DNA of 43,692 nt from NCBI GenBank assembly GCA_964369585.1, contig CAYJHL010000001.1, positions 1 through 43,692 of the forward strand, written 5' to 3'. The notes under the pieces were generated by a model, which searched no databases, was not told where the DNA came from, and saw nothing but the letters and a program-made list of their open reading frames with translations. A program made the position numbers and the translations under genes. Shown here one piece after another: positions 43,399-43,692 of the stretch. Position 1 is the stretch's first letter, and the number at the start of each line of letters is the position of its first letter. This DNA comes from an uncultured Treponemataceae bacterium (lineage in GTDB: Bacteria > Spirochaetota > Spirochaetia > Treponematales > Treponemataceae).

Positions 43399-43432
43399 TT
43401 TTTTCTCCTGCATCGCGCAATAAACGCAATCG

Positions 43433-43692
43433 TTATTTTACATCTATTTTTTTCAGCTTCCAAATATCGGTAACATAGTCTTCAATTGTTCTGTCTGAAG
43501 AAAACTTTCCAGATCTTGCAATGTTTAAAAGTGTCATTTTTGCCCAAGTTAACCGGTTAGAATATGCTTCAGCAACTTTTTCTTGTGCTTTGCAATAACC
43601 TTCAAAGTCGGCGAGTACATAATAAGTATCAGGACGTTGTCCTTCAACTCCATACACCAAGGAATCGTAAAGTTCTCTAAAAAGAGATACAT
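43433..43692 (-). CDS. glgP: alpha-glucan (glycogen/starch) phosphorylase, C-terminal end (partial, runs off the window)
   Basis: The C-terminal sequence ...VLADFEGYCKAQEKV...NIARSGKFSSDRTIEDYVTDIW is the conserved GT35 phosphorylase tail. The ORF is open to the window edge. Confidence 0.85.
   Translation of the reverse strand, partial: VSLFRELYDSLVYGVEGQRPDTYYVLADFEGYCKAQEKVAEAYSNRLTWAKMTLLNIARSGKFSSDRTIEDYVTDIWKLKKIDVK

Noticed and set aside
43464-43471. Minus-strand ACCGATAT (7/8 to the sigma28 -10) inside the glgP 3' end, about 65 nt upstream of the MCP start.
   Set aside because: No TAAA -35 element is present at N14-N16 (the sequence reads AACA/GAAC). It could still be a weak sigma28 promoter for the MCP gene, but the half-site alone is not enough to call.
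1-43692. I looked for CRISPR arrays, tRNA/rRNA genes, transposases/integrases, toxin-antitoxin pairs and long direct repeats.
   Set aside because: No non-coding stretch exceeds 279 bp. I saw no regularly spaced repeats, cloverleaf-compatible regions or recombinase motifs. Only short AT-rich repeats are present.

Overview
This is an AT-rich bacterial chromosomal segment (roughly 35-40% GC, judged by eye) that is densely coding. I call 35 CDS and recognise no rRNA, tRNA, CRISPR array, transposase or prophage.

Gene content is mostly housekeeping:
- aroA, fhs, metA, pfkA, ppk1/ppx, lspA, and the 3' end of glgP
- RNA modification genes: rsmI, a TrmH-family methyltransferase, mnmG, mnmE, and a U32-family enzyme
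- motility and signalling genes: flgM, an MCP, an HDOD protein, and a tandem-cNMP Crp-like regulator

The gene set and promoter style suggest a motile, possibly spirochaete-like (Treponema-like) organism. That placement is weak inference only.

Main observations:
1. A tightly packed four-gene operon (1335-6639) ends in an XPB/Ssl2-type helicase translationally coupled to a 687-aa partner. The partner contains a second copy of the XPB N-terminal domain. This may be a bacterial analogue of XPB-p52 (TFIIH) or XPB-Bax1 pairs.
2. Operon-first genes repeatedly have a (TGn)TATAnT -10 box only 5-7 nt from the start codon and no Shine-Dalgarno sequence, which suggests widespread leaderless mRNAs. Internal operon genes carry clear AGGAG-type sites.
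3. A near-perfect sigma28 (FliA) promoter is embedded in the rsmI coding sequence upstream of flgM.
4. Two enzyme-fold proteins (one SDR-like, one Fe-ADH-like) appear to have lost their cofactor and catalytic motifs.
5. One operon encodes an esterase, a U32 family protein with CX6CX15CX3C, an NYN-LOTUS protein and a HAD hydrolase.

All homology calls come from reading motifs by eye. No database search was run.
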